DNA from: Trichosphaerium sp. ATCC 40318
Lineage: Eukaryota > Protista > Tubulinea
DNA: 64,000 nt
Direction: 5' to 3'
NCBI GenBank assembly: GCA_038496445.1
Contig: JALMLS010000520.1
Coordinates: 124,001-188,000 of the forward strand
In this document: piece by piece, positions 1 to 13,177 of the stretch
How positions within the stretch are numbered: the first letter of the stretch is position 1
Layout of the letters: each line of letters opens with the position of its first letter
Made by a program: the position numbers and the translations under genes
Notes under the pieces: generated by a model
Told to the model about the DNA's origin: nothing
Seen by the model: only the letters and a program-made list of their open reading frames with translations
Database searches by the model: none

Positions 1-1916
1 TTCGCAGACGAAAGTATAGTTCTTTTTGTATTCATTATTTGTTGCAAAATACCGATTGTGTAGTGCCAATGACTTATTTCCTATGATAGTATATTAGAAA
101 GTATTAGTTGGATACTATCTTACCCATATTTCTATCAACATACTCCATGCCATGCCTACAAGACAAACAAAGTAAATGACCAAGATACAAATTTTTAAAG
201 AAGAAAAAAAAAAGAACATACGGAAAAATAGCTGGCGTAGGTTCCCAAAGAGTGACGCCAGCGCCATTGCCTTTGTAATACCACCAAGAATCTATGTACA
301 TTATTTAATTAGTACTGGAACAGAAGGAGACATGTTAAAGACGCAAAACTAACCGAATTGGTAACTGTGTACAGGAACATTCGTTTTGGTGATGTAGTCA
401 TAGACAGCAATCATAGTGTCTTCGTAGTTTTTACTTATTAAAGTAGTTAGAATCAAAAAAAGGGCGATATGATACAAGGTACTTTGGTTCTGTGACATAG
501 TAGTAGTAAGCGCCGTTGTCGGTCCAATAACTGAGGTACTACAAAAGAAAGTCGGTTTTGTTTACATTGGCGGGTGTTCTGCTAACGTACTTGAATGAGT
601 TTATCGCCGTCATCTTCAATTCGTTTTTTCTCATGTTCATCCAACAGTATAGAACCCCATTTGTACATATTGGAGTTCACACCATGGCCACCTGGAGAGG
701 AAAATATAAGATTAAAATAGGTATTATAGACTTACCAACAATAACTGTTGTGTATTTGAAACCCGCTGGTATCTCATTAACAGTTCCCATAGGTCCTAAA
801 TATGTACCTTACTATTTATTAAAAGAAATCAACCCCATACCGTTAGCAAAAACACCATCAAGTTGCGTTGAGATGGTGCTACCACCAATCATAAAGTTAT
901 CTAGTGGAGAAAAAATAACATTTCTGAGAGTCGTATTATAAATCATTACAGGTCCTGAGTGTGACATAAGTACATATACGTATAAGTGTAGTAACCAATG
1001 TACCTCCGCTGATGTTTTCAATATCCTCAGGATTATGGAATCGTCCCACTTGACCTGTTGCGGTTCTGTTCATAAATGTAAAATAGTTGAAGGCCGTTTT
1101 AGCTTCAAAGGAAGGAAAACTCATCATCACCTTAAAGAAGTCCTATCAAAACACTTGTTAATTGTTTCTGTATGTGTACGTCTTTATTATCCCCAGAGCT
1201 GCTATGCGAAGCGCCCTTTGGTAAGGATTGTATACATTTTATCACTTCCGTGTCCTGATACTGTTGGAACTGATTTGGGGTTAATACGTGAAAAAGTCTT
1301 CAAGAGTTTTACCTCCGTGATGTAAGGTGTGCCATCGCCTGTCCATGAAAGCGTAGTAGAATCATATGAACCCAGCTTATCACGTCCCTGACGAGAAGAT
1401 GTTAAAAATCACGTGATACATGATAGATGTCAAGCGTATTACGTACCGTTCCCTTTTGTACGCTTAAAAGCGCGAGAGAGCCATCTGCGCTCTTGTACCT
1501 ATAAAATTGTCAAAACATGTAAAATAGAAATACAACTTTTCGTTGGAATATCTTGAAGAACATTCCGAACACTTAAAATAGTTTTTTGGAAGGTGTATGT
1601 ATCACGTAACGCAACACGTGATTTCGAACGAAACAATGCTAAAAAATAAACCGAAAAGTTTTTTGTTTTTACGCGCTACCATTTCCCTTCTGAATGAAAA
1701 GCAGCACCGGCACCAGTTAACCATACTGTGTTATCAACCAATAACGAATAATCACCTGTCTTTTCATCTACGTCCATTCGAAACGTATTACCAGCCACTA
1801 TTGAGGGTTAGGTTATTTTTAATAACCGAAAGGGTGTTGTGGGGCGCACGTGCTACAGAAATCGAGCATAGTAACAGTAATAATAGTGTAACCGCATAAA
1901 AGCTATGAGATAGCAT
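1..1916 (-). CDS. Secreted glycoside hydrolase-like protein (GH31/GH36-like), multi-exon, 3' end runs off the window
   Basis: Signal-peptide-like start MLSHSFYAVTLLLLLLCSISVA (ATG at 1916). Spliced exons give YLSYWTDNGAYYYYVTEP, YQFDSWWYYKG..GVTLWEP and LALHNRYF, motifs I recognise from an uncharacterised eukaryotic GH-like family. GT-AG introns are about 40-60 nt. Confidence 0.6.
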
Positions 1917-2076
1917 CAGTAGTAATGCCTCAAATATATTTTGGCCACGTGTTTACATACTTTGACTTCTCGCTTCGCTTTATTGTCTGTGACAAAGTTG
2001 TTACTTTGAGACAACGTGGGACTATACATTAGACAATATTGTGGGTTTGATTTACTACGTTAAAACTTCAACGGAA

Positions 2077-2907
2077 ATGTCTAAAGAGCTTACTGGACCA
2101 TCATTCCAGTTACCGCCAGAGACATTAGTACATGTTTTCAGATTTTTAACCAAAAACCAACGCATCAAGGCTTCTAGAGTCTCTCATTTATTTAATGACA
2201 TCATTCGCCATATTGTTGGTCTAAACGGTCTACTTTTAAGATCATCGTTAGATTGTCGGTTTCTCAAACAAAGTCCCTTGCTAAAGAACACGTGGATTTA
2301 TTTTGATCTTGGAGTCAAACTAGAAACACATGACGCAGCTTGCCTTCAAGGTGTTCACAGTATAAGCTTTAAAACTACATTTATTACAGACAGATGTATC
2401 CTTGAATTAGTTCGAGGAGGACATAGCATTCACGAGATAAACCTGGAATTTACAGATATAACAGATGTTTCATTGAAAGCTCTTAAAGACGTCCATACTA
2501 TCGATATTGCGTTTTGCCATAATATTACAGTTGAAGGAATAAAGGCACTCAAAGATGTTCATGACATTCACCTTAGAAACCCAAAAAAGTCATGGCTCCA
2601 ATATCTTGGCAATGTAAATACAGTTCGTATTAGTGGTGGATCATCAATAACAGATGAAGCAATATCATTCTTGACAAATGTTAGAAATCTTTACCTAAAA
2701 AGGACAGTGAACATTACAGACTCAGGTTTAAAGACCTTGGTAAATCTCGAACATCTTAGCTTGGAGGATTGTTCCTTTCACATAACAAACTCTTGTTTAA
2801 AGTACTTAACGTCTTTGAAAAGAATTGCGATCGTTAGAGGTACCAAGATTACTTATCAAGCTGTTGAATCTTTGGGAATAATATGGGTTTCTGGTGAATC
2901 CAATTAA
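2077..2907 (+). CDS. F-box + leucine-rich repeat protein (intronless)
   Basis: ATG 2077. F-box LPPETLVHVFRFL..RIKASRVSHLFNDII followed by LRRs of the type LKDVHTIDIAFCHNITVEGIKAL. Confidence 0.85.
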   Translation: MSKELTGPSFQLPPETLVHVFRFLTKNQRIKASRVSHLFNDIIRHIVGLNGLLLRSSLDCRFLKQSPLLKNTWIYFDLGVKLETHDAACLQGVHSISFKTTFITDRCILELVRGGHSIHEINLEFTDITDVSLKALKDVHTIDIAFCHNITVEGIKALKDVHDIHLRNPKKSWLQYLGNVNTVRISGGSSITDEAISFLTNVRNLYLKRTVNITDSGLKTLVNLEHLSLEDCSFHITNSCLKYLTSLKRIAIVRGTKITYQAVESLGIIWVSGESN

Positions 2908-4251
2908 AGTATCTTTACACAACCAATTTCTGCAGGCTTAGTAAACGCATCAGGTAAATAAAATCTGGCTTCATTTTTGCAATCACGTTTTTTGCTTTCA
3001 GCGCGTGGTTTAAAACACTTGACGTAACAATCACTTTTATCACTTTTTTTGGAATAATTGCAAGCCCAGAAAGGTTTAGATAAGGTGGTGCAGTAGTGTT
3101 TGGCATTAAGTAATTCCTAATGCAACATGAAGAGAGTTAAATTTTAGGAGCAGTCCTTCTCTTGTAGAGATGTTACCAGTAAACCGGTCTTTGCAAAAAA
3201 TAAAAAATTTGGTCTAAGTCGAAGTCGTTTTTGAGTCGAAAATCACAGTAATTTCTTAAGGAGTGAAACAGCAGGTCCACCTCTCAAACGAGAACACTCA
3301 AGGCATGTACGTGTTTACATCTGGTAATGTAGTAGACATGGAGAGAAGAGTGCAACGCATTTTTAACTACTTTGTGTTTTTCTCCTTCACTTCAAGACAA
3401 TTGGTTCAAACTGTACCCTGGTTATTCCGCTAAAGGCCAGTTGTTAGAGGAAGTTGTATCCACGAAAATATTTCGTATGGTTTGTTTGTTTGGTTTCTTT
3501 ATTTATGATTGAATTTACAAAGAACTTTTCTAGAATAAGACATTGCTTATTTCCGGGTGTAGTTTGCCCGCAACAAGAACTTCTCTGGCCATGAAATGAA
3601 ACCACCTTTTATGGTCGCCCGTAAGCACACAACGCGGATCATTGGTGGAACAAACACCTTCACCATCTTTCGACTGCGGGGAGTAATAAAAAACCCACTC
3701 CTATTCGTGGGAAATAATAAAAGGGTCACCCCATTAACCCGACCTGTCATTACAGTTCGAAAAAAGGGATCTGTGGGAATGTATCAAACAGTCCGTCTCT
3801 CACCTACCTTTTTACAAACCAAGAAACTTCAAGAGAAGTTGCTATGGTCGAAAAAGTTTGAGAACCGTCGTATGGTGTGATTACAGATTTTCTTCCTCAC
3901 AAGCGTGACCTTTTTGATAGTCGCCAGTTACACCCTGACACGAAAAAACAAGTATGTGTACCGCATAGTGAGTCGGTTCTTGTTTAGAGAGCATACCGCA
4001 GTACGGCGACTTTTAGGCTTTTTAAGACATGACAAGTCCTCGTGAATAATATTACCTGAATGAGATTACACGAGAAATCACGTGCTCTCAAACCATGTTA
4101 TCTAGCTAATTTACGTTTTTTAAGCGATTCTTGACCCATACTCAACATTTCGAACCTCCTGAACTTCTCATGAAAACCGAACTTTTTTCAGCTGAAATAA
4201 GTAATTATTGCTTTTTTAGTACACCCCAGCAGCGTCAAAAGCGCTTGCAAG

Positions 4252-6528
4252 ATGAGCACCAAACCACTTCCGCTACCGTACGGCGATCTTAAAAGAGATG
4301 TGAGGCAAAATGGCATGGGAGATGACCGTCTTACGCCTTATCAATGGGCTAAAGTGCTAGAGACTATATACGGCAGAGCGCAAAGGCAAGAGAAAGGTGG
4401 AGAAATTGTATACTATGGCGTCCAAAGCCCCCGTAAAGGCTCAGGAGAGTTCATAATGAAAGTAAAATCAGCTCCCATGAAGTGTTACACAGTATCACAC
4501 TTTTGTCATGAAAAAACAGCTACTACGCACCGAGTTGAACGAAAGGATAACGTTGTAACTTCTATCGGCCCATACAACATCACAGTGCAAAATAATCAAG
4601 TTTTGGTTAACAACGTGGAGATTGGGGTTGATACTACCGATTTGACAGGAATTCTACCAGATAGTGCGTAGTAGCCTCATTTTATAGCGTTAGTGCTAAC
4701 TTTTATTTCTAATAAAGCCCAACACGTTGTATTTCTCTGGGATCAACATAAATGGGATCCTCTTGCGCATGTTAATAAGTTGTGGTATCGTGCTCTGTTG
4801 TACAGCAAAATATACAAAAGATTTGACAAAGAACCTAATGGACTGGAGACAAAAGGCTTCTACATCTCAAAGAGCGGCCGATTATTAAAGTTCTTTGATT
4901 ATGACCACTCAAACCTTCGCGTGCTCCTTCAGTTTCGTAACCAGAAGATCTACAGGAACGAGTATCCGGCTAGGAAGTTGCCTGGGTTTAAATCGACTGA
5001 CTACGAGGCCAATAAATCAGTCTATGGCTTTAACCCACGTCATCTTTTGGACGCGTGTTATTGGAGGTATTTCCAAAACGCATTGAGTCGTTTTAACTTG
5101 GAGTACGATATAAATGATCCAAACTATCAAGAAGGTCAGTTTGTCTCTGGTGTACGCGAAAGTATGCAAGGATGCAGGTAAATGACAATACGGTTTTATT
5201 TGATTTAACATCTACGCGAACCATTTCGTCTACGCACATGTTTTTGATTTATTTACTCACTCGAGTAGCTGATATTTTACTTTTTTTCCTTTTTTTTTCT
5301 CAAAAATAAAGTACTTATTGTTTCTTATAGAGTCGTTGCAGCAGATGTTATTACCAAAGGATGTGATGGTGGTATATCAAAGCATAGTATTGAGACAATG
5401 TGGTGGGATTACATGCGCGAGTGCGACGAATCAGAACCTTTCGTTGAAGAGATGCATAAACTTGTTGCACCTGCACACCTAGCATCAAAAAGCTATAAAG
5501 GATGTATTCTCATGCGTACTCAAATCTTAGTCACTTCTACGTTTTATCATCGTCTTTGCAAAGAGGAGAACCTAAAGCTTACATTTTACCTTAAAACCAA
5601 GCGAGACATGCTTGGAGGTAAAATATCGAACAAAGAACTCGTACAAATGAATGAAGTACATCCTAAGGATGCTCTTACAGCAAACAAGAGCAACATTACA
5701 AAGATAAACATGATAGTAAAGGATCTCAACGAGAAATACAGTTTTCAAGGACCTAAAATTAAAAAAGCGAAGTTTGCTATTATGATGGGTTTACATGGAG
5801 TTTCTACGATGAATCATCCTTATGGTGTCCTTGAAGGCAAAGCTATTGTAATATTAGAAGAGAAAGGGTTAATCGAAAAATCAGTTGTTGAAGCTAAGGT
5901 AGCAGAAGAAGAAGATGGTGGTAATGACAACGAAGGTGCTGCCGATGCACCTTATGAGCAGTCTCAGAGAAGAAAAGATTTAGAGGAAACACAAACTGCT
6001 AGACAATTCTTCCATGACTACTGGATGTGTAAGCACGTGTCTAGAGGCCCACCAAAAGGTCCTGACTTTAAAAACGATAAAGTAGACGTAGACCAGCCAT
6101 ATCCTTTCACACCTGAAGAGTTCGACAAGTTCACTGAAATCCCTGAAATAACTGGCGAAGATTCTGATGAAAGTATTCAAAACAAAGTTAACTCTATGTA
6201 TCGAAAAGAAGAGACACAAGAGTTTTATTATTATACACCATTCCCAGAAGCTTATAGATACAGAGACGGAGAGTTGAAACGTACTACTAAAGCAGATGTA
6301 CACAACGAGAGAATGAGAGAGCTCGGTAGGAAGAGGCAGGAAGAGCGTAGAAAAATAGATGAAAAGATGGCAGCATTACGAGCAGAGAAACAAAATAAGG
6401 CCCCACCTCCACAGGCAAAACCCAGTAAAACCGATTCTAAGCCAGTCAGTGGTAAGAAGAGTAAGAAAGATAAGAAAAAGAAGGACAAGAAGGATAAGAA
6501 AGCCAAAAAGAAAAAGAGTAAAAAGTAA
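4252..6528 (+). CDS. Hypothetical ~700-aa protein with Lys-rich basic C-terminus (3 exons)
   Basis: ORFs 4252-4671, 4693-5181 and 5398-6528 join through a GTGCGT..AAAG intron (~4664-4717) and a GTAAAT..TAG intron (~5178-5330; CR/VVAADVITKG..ETMWW). It ends in KKSKKDKKKKDKKDKKAKKKKSKK. No family recognised. Confidence 0.7.
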
Positions 6529-6919
6529 TACCAAGCTACAACGATACATTCCCCAATAAACAATTTTAATTCTTGTCAACCACTTATAAATCTCAACGTT
6601 TGGTTTTTTTTCATAGATATAAATCACTGTCAAGATTACGGCGTGGTCTTCCCGAAACTGTTTTAATGTAAAAAAACACTAACTGTGGTTGTTGGTATTA
6701 GTTCTTTGAGCTTAGTCACTATGGGTATTGAGTTGTTGAAAGTTTAATTCTCATGCTAGCTCTGTCAGTCGTAGTATGAGGCGTAGAAGGTAAAGGTTAT
6801 GAGTACAGATGAAGTAAAAATGTGATTTAATACGATAATATTATTATAAGCATTCTTTTAATCATTAAGCCTCGTCGCTCCAGTAAAAACTTACGCATTT
6901 AATAAAACCTGACCCAACT

Positions 6920-8445
6920 ATGAGTTTCGCGTGCTTTTCAATAGAACAAGCGATTTCATACTACAGCAATACCCACGTGGAGAAATACAACATAATTAAA
7001 GAAAAACACAATGAAACATTTGTAAAACAACTTGAAAGTATCTTAAACGTTACAAACAAGCGCTTTCTTCAACAACTCGACGACCTTCTGTTCCAATACA
7101 ACGAAAGCATCGATAATACACTAACCCAGCACCCGACACAACCCGAGGACGTTAGTGAGCCTAAGATAAAACAAAAAAGAGTGCGTTCTAATAAATAACG
7201 TCAGGGGGGTCACTAATCTACAAAAAGGAGCAAGCCACAATTTGTACTGTTATAAATATTGTTGACTTCCCACCTGAAGTTATTTCGAATATACTAAGTC
7301 AAACAGATTCAGAGTCAAGGTTTTCTGTTGCTCAGTCATGTCATTTGATGGCTGCTATTATTCATGATGTTGTTGGTTATAAAGAAGTTTACCTTGAGAA
7401 TTATCTAGACATTCTAAAGCTACGACAGTACAAAGGGATAATGAATAATAGTAGAATCATAATTGAAGACTTCAGGCAGCGTACTTTGGCTTCTTTATTG
7501 TCTGGCTTTCGCTATATTGATGTAAAGTTTAGTGGTATTACTGATCATGATCTGGAAGAGCTTTCAGGAGTTCATTGTATTGATCTTTCTCTTTGTAACA
7601 GAATTACAGACAAGGGAAAATCTGCATTGAAAGGTGTTCGTGCCATTAACCTATCAGAGACTGCAGTGACAGATGAAGGTGTCAAAGCTCTTGCTGGCGT
7701 ACATACTATTGGCCTTAGTAACACTTCAGTTACAGATGAAGGTGTCAAATCACTTGCAGGTGTTCACAGTATTAATCTTAATGAGACGTCAGTTACAGAT
7801 ATAGGTATCAAAGCACTTGCAGGCGTACATACTATACAACTTTATAGCACTGCAGTAACAAATGAAGGTGTTAAAGCACTGAAAGGTGTACACACCATTG
7901 ATATTTCTTCCACTCCAATAACAGAGGAAGCCATCATAGCACTACAAGGTGTATATGCCATCAATCTATGTCAAACCCCAGTAACAGATAAAGGTATAAA
8001 GGCATTACAAAGCGTTCATATCATTAGCCTTGATGGCACTAAAGTTACAGATAAAGGTGTCAAATCACTTGCAGGTGTTCATACTATTCACCTATCAGAG
8101 ACTGCAGTGACAGATGAAGGTGTCAAAGCTCTTGCTGGTGTACATACCATTGACCTTAATAACACTTCAGTGACTGATGAAGGTGTTGAAGCACTTGCAG
8201 GTGTTCATACTATTCACCTTGCGGAGACATCAGTTACAGATAAAGGTATCAAAGCCGTTTGCAACGCTCGTACTCTATATGAAATATGTGTTGAGGGTTG
8301 TCAGGTCACAGATGAGTTTATTGACAACATATCAGAAGTGACCACTTCATATGAGTGTTGTCAACTACAGGTTGAGTATTGGGGAGATACTTTTTGGAGA
8401 TCTATAAACAACGAAAGGTCTGTTGCCAATATCAATAAATGTTGA
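6920..8445 (+). CDS. N-terminal helical domain + F-box + LRR protein (2 exons)
   Basis: Exon 6920-7180, intron GTGCGT..AAG 7181-7227, then in-frame F-box VDFPPEVISNILSQ..RFSVAQSCHLMAAII and about ten 24-aa LRRs (LAGVHTIxLSxTxVTDEGVKA). Confidence 0.85.
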
Positions 8446-9142
8446 ATAAATGTTGAAAAGATTTTTCTTTGAAACAATCTATATCGTTACCACTTGTAAA
8501 CGCATAAAGTGACAGCAGTTATTGAAAATAATACCAGAGTAGTGTAATTATTCTAGATGTTTGACATTGAATGCTGTAATTCAGCCATGACTTAACCTGG
8601 TAGGAATCACAGATTTCTTGTTCGCCACTCATTATGCTGCTCTGCCTCTGTTCAAGACTGTTGTTTTGAGAAGAATCATTGCCAGATCTTAAATCATTGT
8701 AGCATACAGTCTTGCGTTACTTCTCACATTTCCTGCGTGATTGGTGGATGACAGATGCCTCAATCTAGTTTACTTCAACTTTACTGTCATACAATTGAGG
8801 GATTCATTTAAATGATTCGGGACTACTAGTGATCTCTTTTTGTGTCCGTGATTTTCCGAGAGGATATAGCGCTATATCCTCAACTAGTGAATGACATTAA
8901 TAGTGTAGAAACTATACATATTATTTACTAGTGTCGGCTTGTAGTAGTTGAATTCCGTCTCCGGAATCTCAGTGAAAGGGTCCTTAAGCCACTATGGTTC
9001 TAAGTAAAGGTTAAATTTATCGGCACCAGCAACATGGTACGTTAGGTCTTTTAGCGCTCTTTTTCTTAACGTTGTAACTGTCAGGCACTACCAAAAGAAA
9101 AACTTGAAGCTCTTCAGAAACAGTTTGCAGTTTTTGATCAAG

Positions 9143-12100
9143 ATGAACTACCAACGCCAGCGCAAGTCCAAGGAATATTTAAGGCGATTGGTACGTATAT
9201 TTATAGGCCAACAAAACCGTTCAAAAACTTCTTACGCTTTTTTAAAAGGCCAGGACATCCCTGAAGCCGCTGCGACGAATATGATAAACTACGTTAAGCA
9301 AGACAGAGAAAATGCTAAAAAATACCCTCTATTGAGCCCAGACGCGAAGATATCGAAAGGAGTCACTGGTACACTAATTAATAAGATGTTGATCTCCCTA
9401 TTAATACCAAACGACTTAGACGCTACAGAAACAGACTCTCCTATTATGCGCGATATTAACCATAACGATTGTTTATATTCTAAGCCAGAAGAAGTCGAGT
9501 ACGCCTTTAAACAAACCGAAAAAATGCGCTTGTTCGTTGGAATGTTCGTAACTCTTCTTTAGTGATAGATGGAAGGGTATTGAATCCATGGGACAGCTCT
9601 TCCTATGGGCTTGTAAGGAATACAAAGATATCAACTACGTTGGTGCGCTATTAACTGATTTTCGGCCGAAACAGTTCTTTTTGTTTACTTTTTCTTTAAG
9701 GCACCAGAGAAACTTTGGATGACGGTTCGCGAGGTGGTAAGTACCAAGAGTATAATGCTCTTTTGGTTATGTTACACCACGTGTCTAAAAGAATAGTGGA
9801 TGCTTAACGACAGGAGCAACGCAGGAGAGCAAATATTGATTAACGGTTTTTTTGTAGAATATAAATGGAAGACGTTTGGTGAATCTCTTGAACTTGTCAA
9901 AAATATAGGCGCAGGTATTATTGTTTTTTGTTAGGTATGTATTTGTAATCTTTGCTGCTATAGGTTTACAAGGGTTGATCGGCTTGAAAAAAGATGACTT
10001 TATTGGCGTCAACATGAAAACAAGAGAGGAATGGACACTCACTCGCGAAGTACTAGAACACAGACTTTTAAAAAGGATTGTCAACCTAACTGAATCTGTA
10101 GGCTAATCACCTCTACGGTTTAGTAACTGTAACACTGTATACATCGTATGGAGATGAAGCTTTCATTCATATCCTTAACCAAACTGAAGCTAAAGTTGTC
10201 ATTACTGGTGAGTGCGACACCTTGTATTGGAACACATGCTGATTTATATTAGAACGATTTGACACTATAAACAACTTAACTGAAAAGTGTCCTAACTTAA
10301 AGTACATCATTGTCGTTGGTGGTCTCACGGACGCTCAAAAAGCTGCTGCTAAAGTGAAAACGTTTACTTTTGAGGAAGTAGTAGCACATGGGAAAGCAAA
10401 TCCTGTTGAGTTTCCAAAAGATGTAGATCCATCGAAACCAGGGTTTATCTGTTACACCAGGTACATAGATATGAAAGGGTTCCATGTCTGACCATACTAT
10501 AGTGGAACTACTGGTACACCAAAGGGAGTAATGCATAGCCAAAAAACGCTTCTGTCTGTTATTAGCGGTTTACTGTCTAATTTGGCAGAAGGAAGACTTC
10601 CTCTTCCTGCTGGATCTGTTCACCTTGCTTTCTTACCACTTGCTCATGTGTATGAGATGGCACTAGAATCTGTTGCTGTTGGAAATGGTTGGTCTATTGC
10701 TTACTACCAAGGCAACCCATTAAAACTTCTGGAAGATGCTCAAGTAGCGAAACCCGCTTTGTTCACGGGTACTTACTTTGCGCGTTTTGTTGGATCTTGA
10801 TTCAAAAATTTTGTGTTCTGTACCTAATCGCTTTCATGACAAGCCGCAAATAGTGTTGATATCTAACTTTTTTGTAGGCGTTCCACGACTTCTCAACAAA
10901 ATCTACAACAATGGTACGATGGCTATCACTAAATTTTCATTGTGAGATTACTAATAGCAATGATAGTTGTTGCAGCTTCAAGCGGCTTGGAGGGCATGAA
11001 GAAAATCTTGGGAGGTATGGCTGTTGCCAGTAAGAAAAAAGGACTTGCAAAAGGAAGGATTCGCTCATTCTGGGATTTCATTGTATTCAACAAAGTCAAG
11101 AACATGTTGGGTGGTAATGTAAAGATAATGATAACAGCGTACGATGTATTTCCATTGAAATATCCAACTTTATTCTTAGTTCTGCACCTATTTCTGCCGC
11201 TGTGCTTGGGTTCATTCGTATGTATATCTGTTGTGATGTAAGTGTACACATGAACCATGCGTACATTTACGTTGTTTAGGTCAAAGAGTTTTACGGATTG
11301 TCTGAAGCTATTGGTACAGGCTCAGTTGATGTGGTATGTTCCAAATGCAAGATGCAAACAATTTTTTAATTTGTATTAGGATTTTGGTGGCGCTGGCGCT
11401 GTTGGTAAACCATTACCTAACATTGAAGTAAAACTCATAAGCGGTATGAAGTACAAAATTCGTTAACATCTAGCTAATTATCTGTTAGTACCTGAGATGA
11501 ACTACCTTGTTACGGACAAACCTCAACCAAGGTAGGCAAAATAGCTTCTTGGTTTTTTTTAACATAGTTTCAAGAGGTGAGATCTGCTTCCGTGGTCCTT
11601 CAGTAATGCTGGGATACTATAAAGAACCTGAAAGAACTAAAGCAGCCCTCGGAGAGGCACGTACTAATCTTCTAAAATCTTACAGCACGCCTTTTGTCTA
11701 AAGAAAATCAGGACGGATGGTTTAGATCCGGAGATATTGGAACATTTACAGCCAATGGAGCACTTCGTATTGTTGATAGACGAAAGAACATATTCAAATT
11801 GAGCCAAGGAGAATATGTATGCCCTGAAAAGTGTGAGAACATCTATGTGCATAGCCCATTTGTAGCTCAAAGGTAGTAGTAGCTTTACATATAAGGTGCG
11901 TTAGTTAAAGTTCTTTTTAGTTTGATATGGGGAAGCTCTCTCAAGAACTTTTGTGTTGCTACTATTGTTCTTGATCCTGAAGCAGTTGGTACATGGGCAA
12001 AGAAAAACAATATCGAAGGAAGTGTTGCGGATCTTTGTAAGAACGAAAAACTCAACGAAGCTGTTCTAGCTTCGATTGATCAAGTATCCAGAAAAGGTAA

Positions 12101-12345
12101 ATCAAATAGCCAAAAACAGTTTTCAAGTACTAATAACGCATCTTACAGCGGGCCTTAATGGATATGAGATTGCCAAGAAAGTAGTCCTTCTCAGTGAGCC
12201 ATTTTCTGTAGAGAATGGATTGTTGACGCCAACATTTAAGCTCAAGTGCGTATTGAACTATTGTGTTCGGGAAATCTAATGCGCCTATAGACGATTTGTT
12301 GCTCAACAAAAGTACATGGAAGTAATGAAGAGCCTCTATGATTAA
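9143..12345 (+). CDS. ACSL: Long-chain fatty acyl-CoA synthetase (AMP-binding family), multi-exon
   Basis: Spliced motifs ICYTSGTTGTPKGV, LAFLPLAHVYE, EFYGLSE, RGEICFRGPSVMLGYYKEPERT, EDGWFRSGDIG, IVDRRKNIFKLSQGEYVCPEK and NGLLTPTFKLKR. Stop TAA at 12343-12345. Confidence 0.95.
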
Positions 12346-13177
12346 ACGGCAGTAAGTAGTAGAAAAAACTTCCAAACTCTTTTATCTCATAAACCCAATA
12401 AAAAATCACAAGTACTTCTTTAGCACACTTATTTTACTTTTTCCTGCGCAAGTTTATAAAGTTAGTAAAACAAAACCTTGATTCACCTTTTTGTGGATAA
12501 AGAATAAGTATTTTTTGGATTATTAATACTTACGAAAAGTTACTTGACCTACAAAAGCATTATTTTCGATGTAATTTTGCGTCACTCTGAATAAGCCAGC
12601 GTTCAATTATAAGCTTCCTTGTGTTTTTGGGTTTAGCGGTTTGTATTTAATTGTTTACTGTTCTGATTGCGCCTGCACAGTGATTTGAAGTTTCCTTGCA
12701 AAAAGCATACTCCTTTGGTCTAAAAAGGCTACCACTATAGTTTGTGTTATCAAACTAGCGTTGTAGAAATGATAACTTATCCCGGTCAACACAATACTAA
12801 CTGGTACAATGTATTTTGCTTTTAAACACTCATGGCGTCAAAACTCGACATTTCTTGCGATGATTTTGTAACACACACAAGCGTAAACAAAACTTCAGCA
12901 GAAAATTCATACATCAATCTATTGATATCACGTTTTTCTAACTGTTTTTAAGTAAAAAAAGGAGAAAAGTGTAGTCGCTAGCGACGCAAGTCGTTGTGAA
13001 ATAAAAATAAAAACGAAAGCGTGCATTCTCACTTCGTAGTTTTAGGCGTAACCATCACTCTGAAAGCAAAGTTTTGTTGTATACTGCGGTCACACAGTTT
13101 TGTACACTAACTTAAAAAGGAGTGTTTCAGGCATAAAAAAACCATACAAATAGCTAACCAACGATCGTTACAACACC

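Noticed and set aside
3555-3570. U2 snRNA from a GTGTAGT match
   Set aside because: The flanking U2 5' sequence and stem-loops are absent.
5980-6633. Hydrophobic antisense ORFs (also 47999-48382 and 58974-59180) as membrane proteins
   Set aside because: They are shadows of Lys/Glu-rich sense-strand coding sequence.
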